From: Candidatus Poseidoniales archaeon
GTDB taxonomy: Archaea; Thermoplasmatota; Poseidoniia; Poseidoniales; Poseidoniaceae
DNA length: 64,000 bases
Reading direction: 5' to 3'
Assembly (NCBI GenBank): GCA_003602475.1
Contig: QQSC01000015.1
Location: 46,313 to 110,312, forward strand
The notes beneath the pieces were generated by a model, which was not told the origin of the DNA, made no database searches, and was given only the letters and a program-made list of their open reading frames with translations. Of this stretch, positions 1 through 10,500 are shown piece after piece. Position 1 is the stretch's first letter. Each line of letters begins with the position of its first letter. The translations under genes and the position numbers were made by a program.

Positions 1-1424
1 ACCAGCCCGATTTGTGGGCTCTTTTGCTTTCTTGGGCGTTCAGTCCTCTCATGTCTCACCCTGGTCGGTTGTTGCTGGGCGTGCAACACAACTGGTCTCG
101 GCCGTACTTCAAACGGGGGGGGAGTCAGCCAGAGGTGGTTCGCTCATTGGAGTTCTGTCATGGGATTTTGAACAGCATTGAAGGTTCGAGGGTCGCGGTT
201 GAAAACGACAGGGTGTTGATCGTTGGAAAACTGGGCCATGTGTACGAAGTCCGTGTTGGTGACGGCCAGCACGGCGCCCCGTACCAGATTCGACATTTGA
301 TGCACTTTCAAAACGGAGCGGGCGATGAATTGTGCATCCACAGCGGTGAACGCACGTCTTCGGTGCCCATCGGCGACACGTTGGGCTCGGTTCTGTTGTC
401 GCTGTACAACGACACCGTTGCCGCTCGTCACATTGAGAGTTTAGCCGTCGTTCTGTTGAACACGCCTCCCCTTGGGTTCCCAGAAGAACCAAACGAGCTT
501 TGGTGTGGAATGCTGGATAAAGACGCCGTTCGGGAGGTCAACGGCCTTCGAGACATGAGGGGAGGGTTCATGGGATTGCGCGCCCCGGGATATCGTTGGT
601 TTCAAGGTCGACGTGGCCAATCTGTTGAGGAAGGGCTGGATGAAGAACGGGAAGCTCAGATGTTTCACGGCCTCATACGTCGGCACAACCGTGGGCGGGG
701 CCGCCGACGTGGTCGTCGCTGGGTTACCAGGTTTCAAGCAGCGCTTGATTCGGGTGATGGGTTGCCGTACGATGACGTTGTTACGGGGTGGCGGGCTTCC
801 GTTGAACCCTATGAGGGCCGTGTCGCTCGCGGCCGTAGGCACCGTTGGGAACGCGGGCTTCCACGCCGCCATCAAATGGACTTCCGCCGGGCGATGAGAA
901 TCGCCCACCGACACAACGGCGACATGCATCAAATCGGAGACGGTCGAGACGGTGAACGGCGATGGTGTGAAGCCTTTTCTCGCGTATGGGGTCTTCTCCT
1001 CCACCAGCCCATCGGTTCATGGGTGGACGTACCCAGAGCCAATCACGACGCTCTGTCGTTCCAACACGCCGAACTTCGCCTCTCCGTCAGGTCTCAACTC
1101 GAACGTCGGTTTGTGCATCAGATGATACGATGGTGCGGTTATGTCGCAGAGGGAGAAATCGAAGGGTCTCTTCGTTTCCGACGTCGCGATCATCCGCAAG
1201 CCAACGCCCGAATGCAAGTGTGCGAGGCGTTGGGCAAACTTCAGAAAAAGCAGGGCGTTCGGGGTGCTCCTCCACGATGGTGGAATTACGCCGAACCCTT
1301 TGCCGCTCCCGGAGAAATGGGGGCGCTTCGTTGGCCGTTTCATGAAGATCTTACGGATGATCAGAATCAACAAAGAGGCAGGCAAGAGCTCATTCGCGAG
1401 GATTTGCCCATCTTCCTCGAGTGA
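1..1424 (+). CDS. Hypothetical protein, 5'-truncated; Arg-rich, with a segment resembling the C-terminal motif of DUF4132-type proteins
   Basis: Frame is open from the window edge to TGA at 1422-1424. Motif LIVGKLGHVYEV...ELCIH...PIGD...LLSLYND; Arg tracts such as RRHNRGRGRRRGRRW. Confidence 0.7.
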   Translation, partial: QPDLWALLLSWAFSPLMSHPGRLLLGVQHNWSRPYFKRGGSQPEVVRSLEFCHGILNSIEGSRVAVENDRVLIVGKLGHVYEVRVGDGQHGAPYQIRHLMHFQNGAGDELCIHSGERTSSVPIGDTLGSVLLSLYNDTVAARHIESLAVVLLNTPPLGFPEEPNELWCGMLDKDAVREVNGLRDMRGGFMGLRAPGYRWFQGRRGQSVEEGLDEEREAQMFHGLIRRHNRGRGRRRGRRWVTRFQAALDSGDGLPYDDVVTGWRASVEPYEGRVARGRRHRWERGLPRRHQMDFRRAMRIAHRHNGDMHQIGDGRDGERRWCEAFSRVWGLLLHQPIGSWVDVPRANHDALSFQHAELRLSVRSQLERRFVHQMIRWCGYVAEGEIEGSLRFRRRDHPQANARMQVCEALGKLQKKQGVRGAPPRWWNYAEPFAAPGEMGALRWPFHEDLTDDQNQQRGRQELIREDLPIFLE

Positions 1425-2289
1425 ACGCCACGGCCATCACCATAGCGGCAGTGGGCCATGCACCGATCCACGGCATGGATTCATCTTCGACAACCGGGTC
1501 GTCTTGTGGCGGAGCCACGGGTTCGGTCGGTGTGAGTTCGTAGACGAGATGGATTTCCAAGTCATCGTCATCGTGGGCAGCGGGCAAGTCAAGCGTGGCG
1601 GTACCGTTCATGGCATTTCCAAGGTCGTGGATGCTGTGAACGACATGCGGGTAGACCGCCAAACCGTTGCTGCCGTTTTCAAAATGAGCTTCGGTTTCAA
1701 CGACCCAAACGGTCACGTGGAGGTCGTAGCCATCCAATTGGCTTTGTTCAATGTCAAGTTGCCATGCAACGGTGCCTGAATCGAGGCCTGCAGGCGTCCA
1801 TGCGAAGGTTGTGCTGCCGTTGCCCAAGTCAAGGTTGGTGGTGGCCAGGTTGGTGAATTCGTTCACAAGCGTGCCGTCATCAGCCACGCTACCTATCTTT
1901 TTCATCGAGCCGTTGAACACCACGGTAGGTGGTGAATCGTAACCGTACTTGTCCTTCCATCTCTGGTCCAGAACATCGGTGCCGAAAGGATCCTCGGATT
2001 CGCCGATGGAACGGTGAACGTGATACTGCTGCAACAGACCATTGGCTTGCACTTCTTCAAGAGCGTGCTCAACATCAACGCAGTTGGTGCACCACGTGGC
2101 CGTAAACACCTCCACGACCGTTTTCAGGTCTTCCAACCCGCTCGTTTGCGTCGTGGTGTTGTTGGCGGCTGTCCACTGCCCTCCAAACATGACACCCTCT
2201 TCGGTTGGCTCAGCCGGCAGCGCCGAAGCTGAACCGCACAATGCGGTAAGGAGAACAAACGTAGCGCCCAGCACGTGCCATCGATTCAT
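1390..2289 (-). CDS. Exported thioredoxin-fold (Omp28-like) protein with C-terminal membrane anchor
   Basis: Signal peptide (…SASA/LP), VEVFTATWCTNC CxxC motif, cis-Pro-like PPTVVFNG, C-terminal hydrophobic segment followed by basic residues. Confidence 0.75.
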   Translation of the reverse strand: MNRWHVLGATFVLLTALCGSASALPAEPTEEGVMFGGQWTAANNTTTQTSGLEDLKTVVEVFTATWCTNCVDVEHALEEVQANGLLQQYHVHRSIGESEDPFGTDVLDQRWKDKYGYDSPPTVVFNGSMKKIGSVADDGTLVNEFTNLATTNLDLGNGSTTFAWTPAGLDSGTVAWQLDIEQSQLDGYDLHVTVWVVETEAHFENGSNGLAVYPHVVHSIHDLGNAMNGTATLDLPAAHDDDDLEIHLVYELTPTEPVAPPQDDPVVEDESMPWIGAWPTAAMVMAVAFTRGRWANPRE

Positions 2290-2327
2290 GACTTGCCATC
2301 GGGCCTTGGTCTTTCAACATCGTGGCT

Positions 2328-3497
2328 TTAATCTTCAACTTCACCGAGGTCGTCGGCATTCTCGGACACGAGGCCCCTGGTCAAATCGTTCACTGAATGC
2401 TTGACGAACAAGGCTTTGCCTTGTGGGTAGAGCCCTTCGTTGACGGCGTTCTGCAGGTTGCGGAGGCAGCTCTTGATGCCGGCACCGGAGCGGTCGCCAA
2501 CAGCTCTGCCCAAGGCGGCGAGGTTCTGGTGCTCAAGGCCCAACGAGGTAAGGGCGGCCAACATCACGCTGGAACAGAGCATGGATTCGGCCATGTTGCT
2601 CGTGTGGGCATCGATGGAAGGTTCCTCAATTCGTGTGAGCATCTCCCAATACACGATGTTCAAGGCCAACATTTCCCTCTCACTCAACCGGTTCTCAAGT
2701 GTTCCAAACAGGTTCTCGCTGTGAATCTCAAGTTTATCGGCCCGAATCCCTGCGATCACAGCCTCGAATTGAGTGGTGCGGGGCACAGGAGAGAAACCGT
2801 TTCGGCAACGGGCTTTGTAGTGCTGGGAAATCGTTGACTTGGCGTTCTTGAATTGAGTTTGCGTGAGGCCGTTCTGATTGAGCAATTCCACCCGGTTGAT
2901 GCTCGGGGCGCTGAACCATTCATGTGCAAGTTCTGCGATGGCGATGGCCATCAACAACAAGTTTTGGCGGTCACCGTCCCCTTTTACCCCAGCTCCTTTG
3001 CGGGTGATGCTCGTTTTGGGGCACTTCAGCAGTTTCCTCTCGCTGCTCCCCAGGGTTCTGCGTATGGCTTCCTGCTGAGGCGACAACTTTTGAGCGGTCG
3101 CTCGCGTAAGGAATTGAACCGTAGCCGCGAGGTTTGTACCAAACAATTCTTGCAAGGTGGCAACGAGCTGCCTGTACATCGGGTCCTTCTCGCGTTGTGT
3201 GGAGCGGTCCAATCGAGCCAACCGACGGAACATCGACCGGGTCTCTCGGCTCAGCAGTTGGCCGTTGACGTCCCTTCGGTCCCCAAATGGGTTCATGGTC
3301 GTCCCTGGTCCAAGGCCGTTCAGGGCGTTGACGCGTTCGCTTTGTCGTCCGTCGCCCATGGTGGTGGAACTGTTGGCGTTGGCATCAACGGGGTTGTGTT
3401 CTTCAACCGAACCGCACATGTCGCAGGCCATTTCACCTCGAACATCGTCGATCGTCCAGTCGGTTTCCTTCTCGCATTCTCCGCACATTTTCTTCAT
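2328..3497 (-). CDS. Divergent transcription initiation factor IIB (TFB)-like protein
   Basis: N-terminal Zn ribbon CGEC-x17-CDMCG with 'DDVRGEMAC', B-linker-like MFRRLARLDR, two degenerate cyclin-like repeats. ATG at 3497 follows purine-rich GGAGAGG. Confidence 0.75.
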   Translation of the reverse strand: MKKMCGECEKETDWTIDDVRGEMACDMCGSVEEHNPVDANANSSTTMGDGRQSERVNALNGLGPGTTMNPFGDRRDVNGQLLSRETRSMFRRLARLDRSTQREKDPMYRQLVATLQELFGTNLAATVQFLTRATAQKLSPQQEAIRRTLGSSERKLLKCPKTSITRKGAGVKGDGDRQNLLLMAIAIAELAHEWFSAPSINRVELLNQNGLTQTQFKNAKSTISQHYKARCRNGFSPVPRTTQFEAVIAGIRADKLEIHSENLFGTLENRLSEREMLALNIVYWEMLTRIEEPSIDAHTSNMAESMLCSSVMLAALTSLGLEHQNLAALGRAVGDRSGAGIKSCLRNLQNAVNEGLYPQGKALFVKHSVNDLTRGLVSENADDLGEVED

Positions 3498-3529
3498 TTT
3501 TCTTCCTCTCCTTACATGTCGGTCAAGTG

Positions 3530-3537
3530 TATATAAA
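3530..3537 (-). promoter_or_regulatory. Canonical TATA box (TTTATATA) of the TFB-like gene
   Basis: TTTATATA on the minus strand, 33-40 nt upstream of the ATG at 3497, in an AT-rich intergenic region. Confidence 0.6.
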
Positions 3538-3539
3538 CA

Positions 3540-3568
3540 ATCCAAATCTTGGTTCCCCCGATTTGGAT
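3540..3568. repeat. Perfect 9-bp inverted repeat ATCCAAATC-N11-GATTTGGAT next to the TATA box
   Basis: Read directly at 3540-3548 and 3560-3568. Confidence 0.7.
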
Positions 3569-3817
3569 CTTCTTCCTCCTCCCATCCGTCGAGATGGTTG
3601 GGTGGCGGCGGACTTTTACAAACATGACCATATCTTAATTATGACACCTAGTATAAAAAGTTAACGCACGAATGCTTAATTTGTGCGGTGAAACGAGGCC
3701 ACATGCGCGAGAAAGCGTCGTCAATCTCACAACCAAATGAACATATGGCCTAAATGTTCCATCCAGTTCCTCACGCACCTTCAATTACCCTCGCCGGCGC
3801 TTTCCGTGGTGAACACC

Positions 3818-6800
3818 ATGTCGCACCATCGGATTACGTCGGAACGGGTACCCTCGGGTCAAGGCATGCCACCTTGGCTCTCACAGGCGTTCCTATCCGT
3901 CGACGACCCCGGTCTATTGGTGGTACACCCGAACGAAGCACACCGTCAACAAACGCTTCAGCGCCTCCACGACATGGGGGGTCATCCGTCGCCACAATCC
4001 CACACCACGATGAATCAATTGCTCCGTTTACTCCACGTCGATTTCCGATTGCCGGTGATGTTGAACGACGATGTCACGAACTTCATGGGACTCCATCGGA
4101 AATGCGAGGAAGCTGCCGAAGATTTCGCCTTCCCTCTGTTGCACACCCCTGGCGCAGGAGCATGGTCCATTCAGAAAACCAAACGCCTCGTGACCTTGTA
4201 TGCCGAAGTGGCTCCGATGCGTTCCCCGTTTTCATGGTCCTCCAATCCAGGCGTTGATGTCTTGCATCAATTGATGCTATCGTTGGAACATGAAGAGGGA
4301 GGAACGCTGCCCGCATTGCTGCCACACCACGTGCTGAACGCTCTTGGAGAAACCGAGGAAACACCGTTCCACTTCTCCACCATCAACGGCGTCATTCTGC
4401 TTGACATGGCCCCCGATTTCTCTGAAATTGAACAGGACATCATGATGTCCTTGTCGGTTCACTGTCCGCTCCATCAATTGATTCATCCCGGTTCGTTTCG
4501 CCTGGGGTTCCACGGAGCCTACCTCGTGGACGAACCACCTTGCACCGACGATACCTTACCAACATGGGTACCAAATCACGAGGTGTGGGACGGTGACGGG
4601 GCTTCTTGGACAAGTGAGGTCGGTGAATCTCGCAACCGGACCATCACGCGGGTGGTTCTCGACGATCCCGAACACATGCTTGACGCAACGGCTCACATCG
4701 TTCATGACGTCCTTCAACACCAAGGTGGGCGTGTTTTGGTGCTCGATGGACAAGCCCATCAGCGGCAAAGGGTTTGGCAACAACGCTTTGCACAGCTCGG
4801 CATCTTCTCAGGCTCATCCAGCAAATCGGTTGAAGGTCAGCCGGTTCATTCCGCGTTGATCCACGCAGCAGGATTGGGGCTGGGAATGGACGCCTGGTCG
4901 CTTCCATCGCTTCGCACCCTCATCGCCTCCACGGCGCTCCCATGGCCATCGGACATGTTCCCTGCCTTGGAGCACCCCACTCAGCCGGAGTGGCGACCAT
5001 CTCCTCACCTTGACGTCTTGACCGACATGGCGCAGAACTTCCACGTGTTGGGTGGGCCAGGGGCGATTGGCAGGTGGCTGGGAGCCCTCTCTCAAGCCCA
5101 ACCTTCTCTCATGGAGCGTCGACCGGATGAACGACGACAATCCTTGGAAGAAACGCAGTGGTGGTTGGCATGCATCTTGCGATCTTGGACGCCCCTCCTT
5201 CTTCCGGAAGACCGGTTTTTGGCCGACCGAATCCAGCAAGGATGCAGTTCAGGTCAACCTTTGCCAGTGCCTCAAGCCCCGTCAAACGGTTTGGCATGGC
5301 TGAGTGAAACCATTCAGCGGCTGGACTTCGAACGTCTTGGTGGGTCAGACGCCCGTTTTAACCGCGGCATGGGCGACCTCCATGACGTCATGGAGGCCCT
5401 GGTACGAATCGCCGAATCCGAGGGCACCGAAGGGTTGGTCGGTACGATGTTTATCGAGGTGTTGCGCATGATCGGGCAATCGCTTCGAATCGCCACCGTT
5501 GAACCACAATCAACGGATGTGCTTGTCCTCACACCAGAAGACGCCCTTGGCTGTGAGGCCGACGTGGTTGTGCTGGCTGGACTGGATGTCCAATCTTGGC
5601 CGATGAAACACGCTGTGGTGCCGTGGTTGGACCCAGCAGCCCAGCTCGAATTGGGCATGTTTCACAACGATTTACTCGTTCGTCAGGGGCGGCATCATTT
5701 ACGCCATGCGCTCAACGCAGGACAGCATGTTTGGGTGTTCGACACATCACCCGTTGAAGATGCAGGTCCAAGTGCGCCTTTAGCAGAATGGCTGACGGAA
5801 GTTCGACGCTCAGGGGCCATGTTGTCCATGCGCAACCCTCCTGCTTACGTCCCCACGACCCACCACCAAGGTCAAGGCAACGATCGATGTTGGGACTGGC
5901 GTGTTCGAGAAGAAGGTCTCGGGGCTTGGTTGTGCCCGCTGCCAACCGTGCAAGAGGAGGACGAACAAGGGGCTTTCATCCGACGTACTGGACCGTTGCC
6001 TCGTAATCGAAGACAAGCCGCAGGGGTCAATCTGCAACGTCATCGAACCGGCTCCACCAAGGTACTCAACCCGACTTCCCTCGTCCACGCCCATGAGATG
6101 GCCTTGGTGAGCGACCGTCATCGCCGTCAACCTGCTTCAAAACGCCTCGCAGAGGGTGAACATTTGCCGTGGAGCGGGCGAAATCGATTGGTCAGTATGG
6201 ACAGCGTGAACTATTCCCTGCTGGATACCAAGCAACTGGAAACGCCGAGCGTGGGAGCGCCCGAGTGGCCCCACCTTGGGTTCCGTCCGGAACGACGGTT
6301 GGCCATCGGCGTCGACCCGAGGCCATTGCCGCCCTACGGTTCAGCACCGGAAGGGCTGGCCAAGCGGATGGGGCGTCTGTCAAACGGATTCACCCGTGGG
6401 CGTTGGTCGCCCAGCCGACTCGAAAAGGTTCTCAGGTGTCCCCGTCAGGCTTGGGCCGAGACTCGGCTCGAGATCAACGAAGACGAATCGCATCCATCCG
6501 AAGACGTGGACAACCGAACCCGTGGACAATTGGTGCACGATCTTTCCGTGGCTTTGATGGAAGCCCACGGCCTTGAAGTGAGCGAGGAGACCAATCAATC
6601 GCCGGTCCCCCTTCACGAGGGGCCTTTGGAGACGTTAACGATGGCTTGGGGGGAAACGTTGGCTTTTCTTTCGGTGCACGCCACTTGGTTGGGCCGGCCA
6701 AACGCTGTGTCGGTCCATCGCACAAAGGCTCTGTTGAACGCCACACCGGATGAGTGGGGCCTTCACATGTCGGGGGATCTCGATTTGCCCATTGGCGGGC

Positions 6801-7540
6801 AAGTGGGCGCCATGGTCACCGCCGATTGGAAGTTGAAGGGGGCCGCACCTCTGGTGGTTGAATGGCCCGCTCGCCAATCCGCAGGCTCGCCAATTCCCAT
6901 CGATGCTGTCCGTGAGGACGGCACAAAGGGTGGTTTCGACATGTTCGGATACGCTGACAGAATTGACGCGGTGGTGCTGAGCGATGAACAACAAGACGTG
7001 TTGATCGCCTCAGGTGTGCTGTCCGACGAACACCACGACACACCTTACCCGCTGGACGGGCAGCCACGAGGAGCGCAACGGTTGATCGTTGTTCGAGACT
7101 TGAAAACGGTGAACGGCCCGAAGGTCGATCGAGCAGGCCTACGGCATGCCCGTTGCGTGTTCGAGGATCTTCAACTCGCCCTCTACGCTCGGGCTTGGGA
7201 AGTTGCTCATCCGAACGATCGCGTGGTGGGCGTTGGGGCAACCGAAATCGGTGAACAAACCGTCCATTATGTGGAATTGGACGAAGCACTCGACGGCATT
7301 GCTTCAACCTTAATGCTGGGTGATGTGACCGAACATCTGCGGCATCATTTCCCTGTGACTGAAGCCGACGGAGAGGGTCAGACCGCGTTCAGGCGATGGA
7401 TGGCTGAACGCCTCAAAGTTGCCCAGCGAGCGGTGGACGCCATGGCCAACGGCCATGCAAACGCCACGCCGGGAAGGCACTGTTCCTATTGTTCGCTTCA
7501 GGATGCTTGCGACGTGGCTGAATTGGGAGGTGGCCGTTGA
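3818..7540 (+). CDS. addB: AddB-like subunit: inactive helicase domain plus PD-(D/E)XK nuclease with Fe-S staple
   Basis: WSPSRLE..RCP, GYADRID, RDLKT, LQLALYA, C-terminal HCSYCSLQDAC; no Walker A. ATG 3818 follows GGTGA. Stop overlaps the addA start (TGATG). Confidence 0.85.
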   Translation: MSHHRITSERVPSGQGMPPWLSQAFLSVDDPGLLVVHPNEAHRQQTLQRLHDMGGHPSPQSHTTMNQLLRLLHVDFRLPVMLNDDVTNFMGLHRKCEEAAEDFAFPLLHTPGAGAWSIQKTKRLVTLYAEVAPMRSPFSWSSNPGVDVLHQLMLSLEHEEGGTLPALLPHHVLNALGETEETPFHFSTINGVILLDMAPDFSEIEQDIMMSLSVHCPLHQLIHPGSFRLGFHGAYLVDEPPCTDDTLPTWVPNHEVWDGDGASWTSEVGESRNRTITRVVLDDPEHMLDATAHIVHDVLQHQGGRVLVLDGQAHQRQRVWQQRFAQLGIFSGSSSKSVEGQPVHSALIHAAGLGLGMDAWSLPSLRTLIASTALPWPSDMFPALEHPTQPEWRPSPHLDVLTDMAQNFHVLGGPGAIGRWLGALSQAQPSLMERRPDERRQSLEETQWWLACILRSWTPLLLPEDRFLADRIQQGCSSGQPLPVPQAPSNGLAWLSETIQRLDFERLGGSDARFNRGMGDLHDVMEALVRIAESEGTEGLVGTMFIEVLRMIGQSLRIATVEPQSTDVLVLTPEDALGCEADVVVLAGLDVQSWPMKHAVVPWLDPAAQLELGMFHNDLLVRQGRHHLRHALNAGQHVWVFDTSPVEDAGPSAPLAEWLTEVRRSGAMLSMRNPPAYVPTTHHQGQGNDRCWDWRVREEGLGAWLCPLPTVQEEDEQGAFIRRTGPLPRNRRQAAGVNLQRHRTGSTKVLNPTSLVHAHEMALVSDRHRRQPASKRLAEGEHLPWSGRNRLVSMDSVNYSLLDTKQLETPSVGAPEWPHLGFRPERRLAIGVDPRPLPPYGSAPEGLAKRMGRLSNGFTRGRWSPSRLEKVLRCPRQAWAETRLEINEDESHPSEDVDNRTRGQLVHDLSVALMEAHGLEVSEETNQSPVPLHEGPLETLTMAWGETLAFLSVHATWLGRPNAVSVHRTKALLNATPDEWGLHMSGDLDLPIGGQVGAMVTADWKLKGAAPLVVEWPARQSAGSPIPIDAVREDGTKGGFDMFGYADRIDAVVLSDEQQDVLIASGVLSDEHHDTPYPLDGQPRGAQRLIVVRDLKTVNGPKVDRAGLRHARCVFEDLQLALYARAWEVAHPNDRVVGVGATEIGEQTVHYVELDEALDGIASTLMLGDVTEHLRHHFPVTEADGEGQTAFRRWMAERLKVAQRAVDAMANGHANATPGRHCSYCSLQDACDVAELGGGR

Positions 7541-10500
7541 TGGTGCGATTCAACAACAGTCAACGGCTTGGCCTCGACCTCGATCGCCACATCGCCCTCG
7601 ACGCCGGTGCGGGAACAGGAAAAACCACGGTGATGGCCGAGCGGTACGTTCAGCATCTAATTGCCCACGACCAGCGGGCCACGCACGTCACGCCACCCGG
7701 GCCAAGAACCCCGTTATCGGGCCTCGGAGCGTTGCGCGCACCACAACGGGAACGAACCGGAATCGATGCGTGGCCGGGGCTTCTGCCTGCTGAAGTGGTG
7801 GCCATCACGTTCACGAAAAAGGCCGCCGCTGAACTCAAGGCTCGTATTCGAGTTCGACTGGCGCGTTCACGAGCTCACGCACCAACCGAAGACGACACAG
7901 AGGGCATGTTTGACCCGAGACTGCGCTCAAACGCCGACGTCGAAATGCTCTTGTCTTCGCTTGACGAAGCACCGATTTCCACCATCGATGCTTTCCTCCA
8001 TCGGCTGGTTCAGCCTTACATCGACAGAGTGGCGTTGTACCCCGCTCACGATATGGTGGCCGAGGCGCAAACCCCGCTCATGCTCAACGATGCGCTCCAT
8101 ACGGTTTGGCGGGTGAGATCGGTTGAAGACGCCCATGAAGCAGGGGTGTTGAATCATCATCAGGCGTTCATCGATGCCAGGAATCGTTTGGTTACGCTGC
8201 TGGGAGGCCAGCAACCTGCGGAGGTGGTGCTCAAGGGATTGATGGGCCGTTCGCTGTTTGTTGAACAGTCTCACCGGTCAATGATTCAACGGGCAGAGCG
8301 GCTTGGATTGCCTTGGAACGGGCGAGGGCCAGCCCCTGTTGCGCTGCTGTTGGATCTCATCGCTGAACCCGTCGCAGATGATGTTGTTCCATTCGTGGAG
8401 GAACTTCATGCGACCTTGGGCACATGGAAGGACCTGTTCTTGGCTCACCATGCCAATTGCGTTGCTCCAAGTGAGGCTGAGACACACCTCACCCGGTTCA
8501 ATCATCTTGTTCGCATGGCACAAGCGCCTTGTCCACATCAGCCGGGGGACGCCCTCAGGTGGGCGTGGTCGTTGATGATGGCCTTGGCTTCATCATCAGG
8601 ACTGGACCGTCGCCCAACCTCCTTTTTTCCGCGAAACAACCTGCCCAATGCAGATGAATGGCCTTCTGGGCTGCTGAGCAAATCAAACGTTAAGGGGATG
8701 AGTAAAGGTGAGAAAGACGACCTTTACGCTATTGCTCAAGGTTTCCAAGATGTGCTTCGGGATCGTCTGAACAGTCCTTTGGGGTCGCTGGTGCATTTGC
8801 TTTCACGCGCCGCCTTCTTCCTCAATCCTGGCGACGGACTGGACGGCATTCCACTCACCTCACCTCTGCGAGTGGAACCGTTGGCGCTTCCGCTGACCGA
8901 TCAGCCTCCGGCGCTGGGAACCTACATTGACGGAGCGTTGCAAACCGAGGTGCTGAGCGACCTCATCACGATTCATCGTGCATGCCACCAAATCCTCGCC
9001 CGACGCAAATCACTGGACGGTTTGCATGACTTTGACGATTTGCAGCGTTATGCTGCGGATGTGCTCCTCGCACGTTGCCCAGACGCATGCCGACATCTCT
9101 ATCCTCCAGAGGTGATCGACGTGCTTGACGGGCTCGGCGATGAGCCTTGGAGCGATGCCCACATTACTCGGGCGTTGACGTTGCTCAGCGACCAGGAGCC
9201 GCTCCGCGAGGATTTGCATCGTCGATTTTTGATCTTGGGGGAGATCCGTCGACAATACAGGGCCTTCATCATCGACGAGTACCAAGACACCAATCCTTCC
9301 CATTTCCGCTTGTTGGCTCGCTTGTGGGGCCGGCGTACTCGCCAGTCCGACGATCCGATGCGACCTCAAGGTGACTGGGATCCCACCGTTTGCATCGTTG
9401 GGGACATGAAGCAATCGATTTACCGGTTCAGACAGGCCGAAGTATCGGTCATGCGAAGAGCAGTCGCCATGATTCGCACCTCCAACCTCCTCGAAAGCGG
9501 TGACACAAGGCTGAATCATCTCCAGCAGGAAGGGCACGGTCGCGACCCACGTCCGGTTGGTGCTGGAGGGGAAGGGGGTTCGTTCAGCAACGATCATTCC
9601 ATCACCGTTTCTGCACCGCACAGTTTTGTTCGTTTGGACATTGAGGATGGAGAAACCACCCCTTCAATCGATGGAGAACGGTTGTTTCGGCGGCAAGAAG
9701 GTCATATTGACCTGACATCCAACCACAGAACCCGAGCAAACCTGATGAACACCATGAACGATGTGTTCGACGAGGTGTTCGACCCGGTGCATCATGAACT
9801 TCCCGGTGACTGGCATGCAGAATCCCAGCGTTTGAGGCCTGCGAGAGAAACGGAGGAAGGGGGTGTATTGGAATGGCTTTTGCCGGTTCAAGGTGATTTG
9901 GGAGATGTCGCTGCTGACCTTGATGCCCCCCTCAACACCTTCGAAGACCCGAATGCCTCCGCCGTTCATTTGGAACACGAACTTCTCGCCCAACGGTTGT
10001 CATCGTTGGTCAACGGCGACTCCACGCGGGTGTGGAACAGCACCGAGGCATCCTGGACCAACGTGCCAGAAACGGGTCCTTCTGTTCGCCCTTCAGATGT
10101 GATGATTCTTGTCAATTCCCGTCGGCATTTACCTGACCTGGTGCAACGTTTACGCGCTCGAGGTTTGCCTGTCATGGCCGACCGAATGGGGTTGCTTTTG
10201 ACCCAACCCGCCGTCAAACCGCTCCAAGGCTTGTTGACCCTCATGGCCCGGCCAACATCTCGACTTGCAGCGTTCACGTTGGCTCGTTCACCCATCGTGG
10301 GCATGGACGAAGACGCTACGACGGCTTGCCTGCAAGGCATGGGGCCCAACGAAAACGCCTGGCCTCATTTGATCGCCCACGCCCCGAATGCGGGCGTTCG
10401 TATGCTCTTACAACGCCTCCGACGTTTGGTCGAACGCGGCGCTGTGTACGAGGTTTTTGACGATGTGTTGGACCATTCGGACCTGCTGGTGGCCCACCCT

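Noticed and set aside
3660-3725. Hammerhead ribozyme (GAAAC next to hairpins)
   Set aside because: No CUGANGA core found.
6400-7540. Cas4 or CRISPR adaptation module
   Set aside because: The Cas4-like Fe-S nuclease is the C-terminal domain of a 1240-aa AddB coupled to AddA; no cas1/cas2 or repeat-spacer array was seen.
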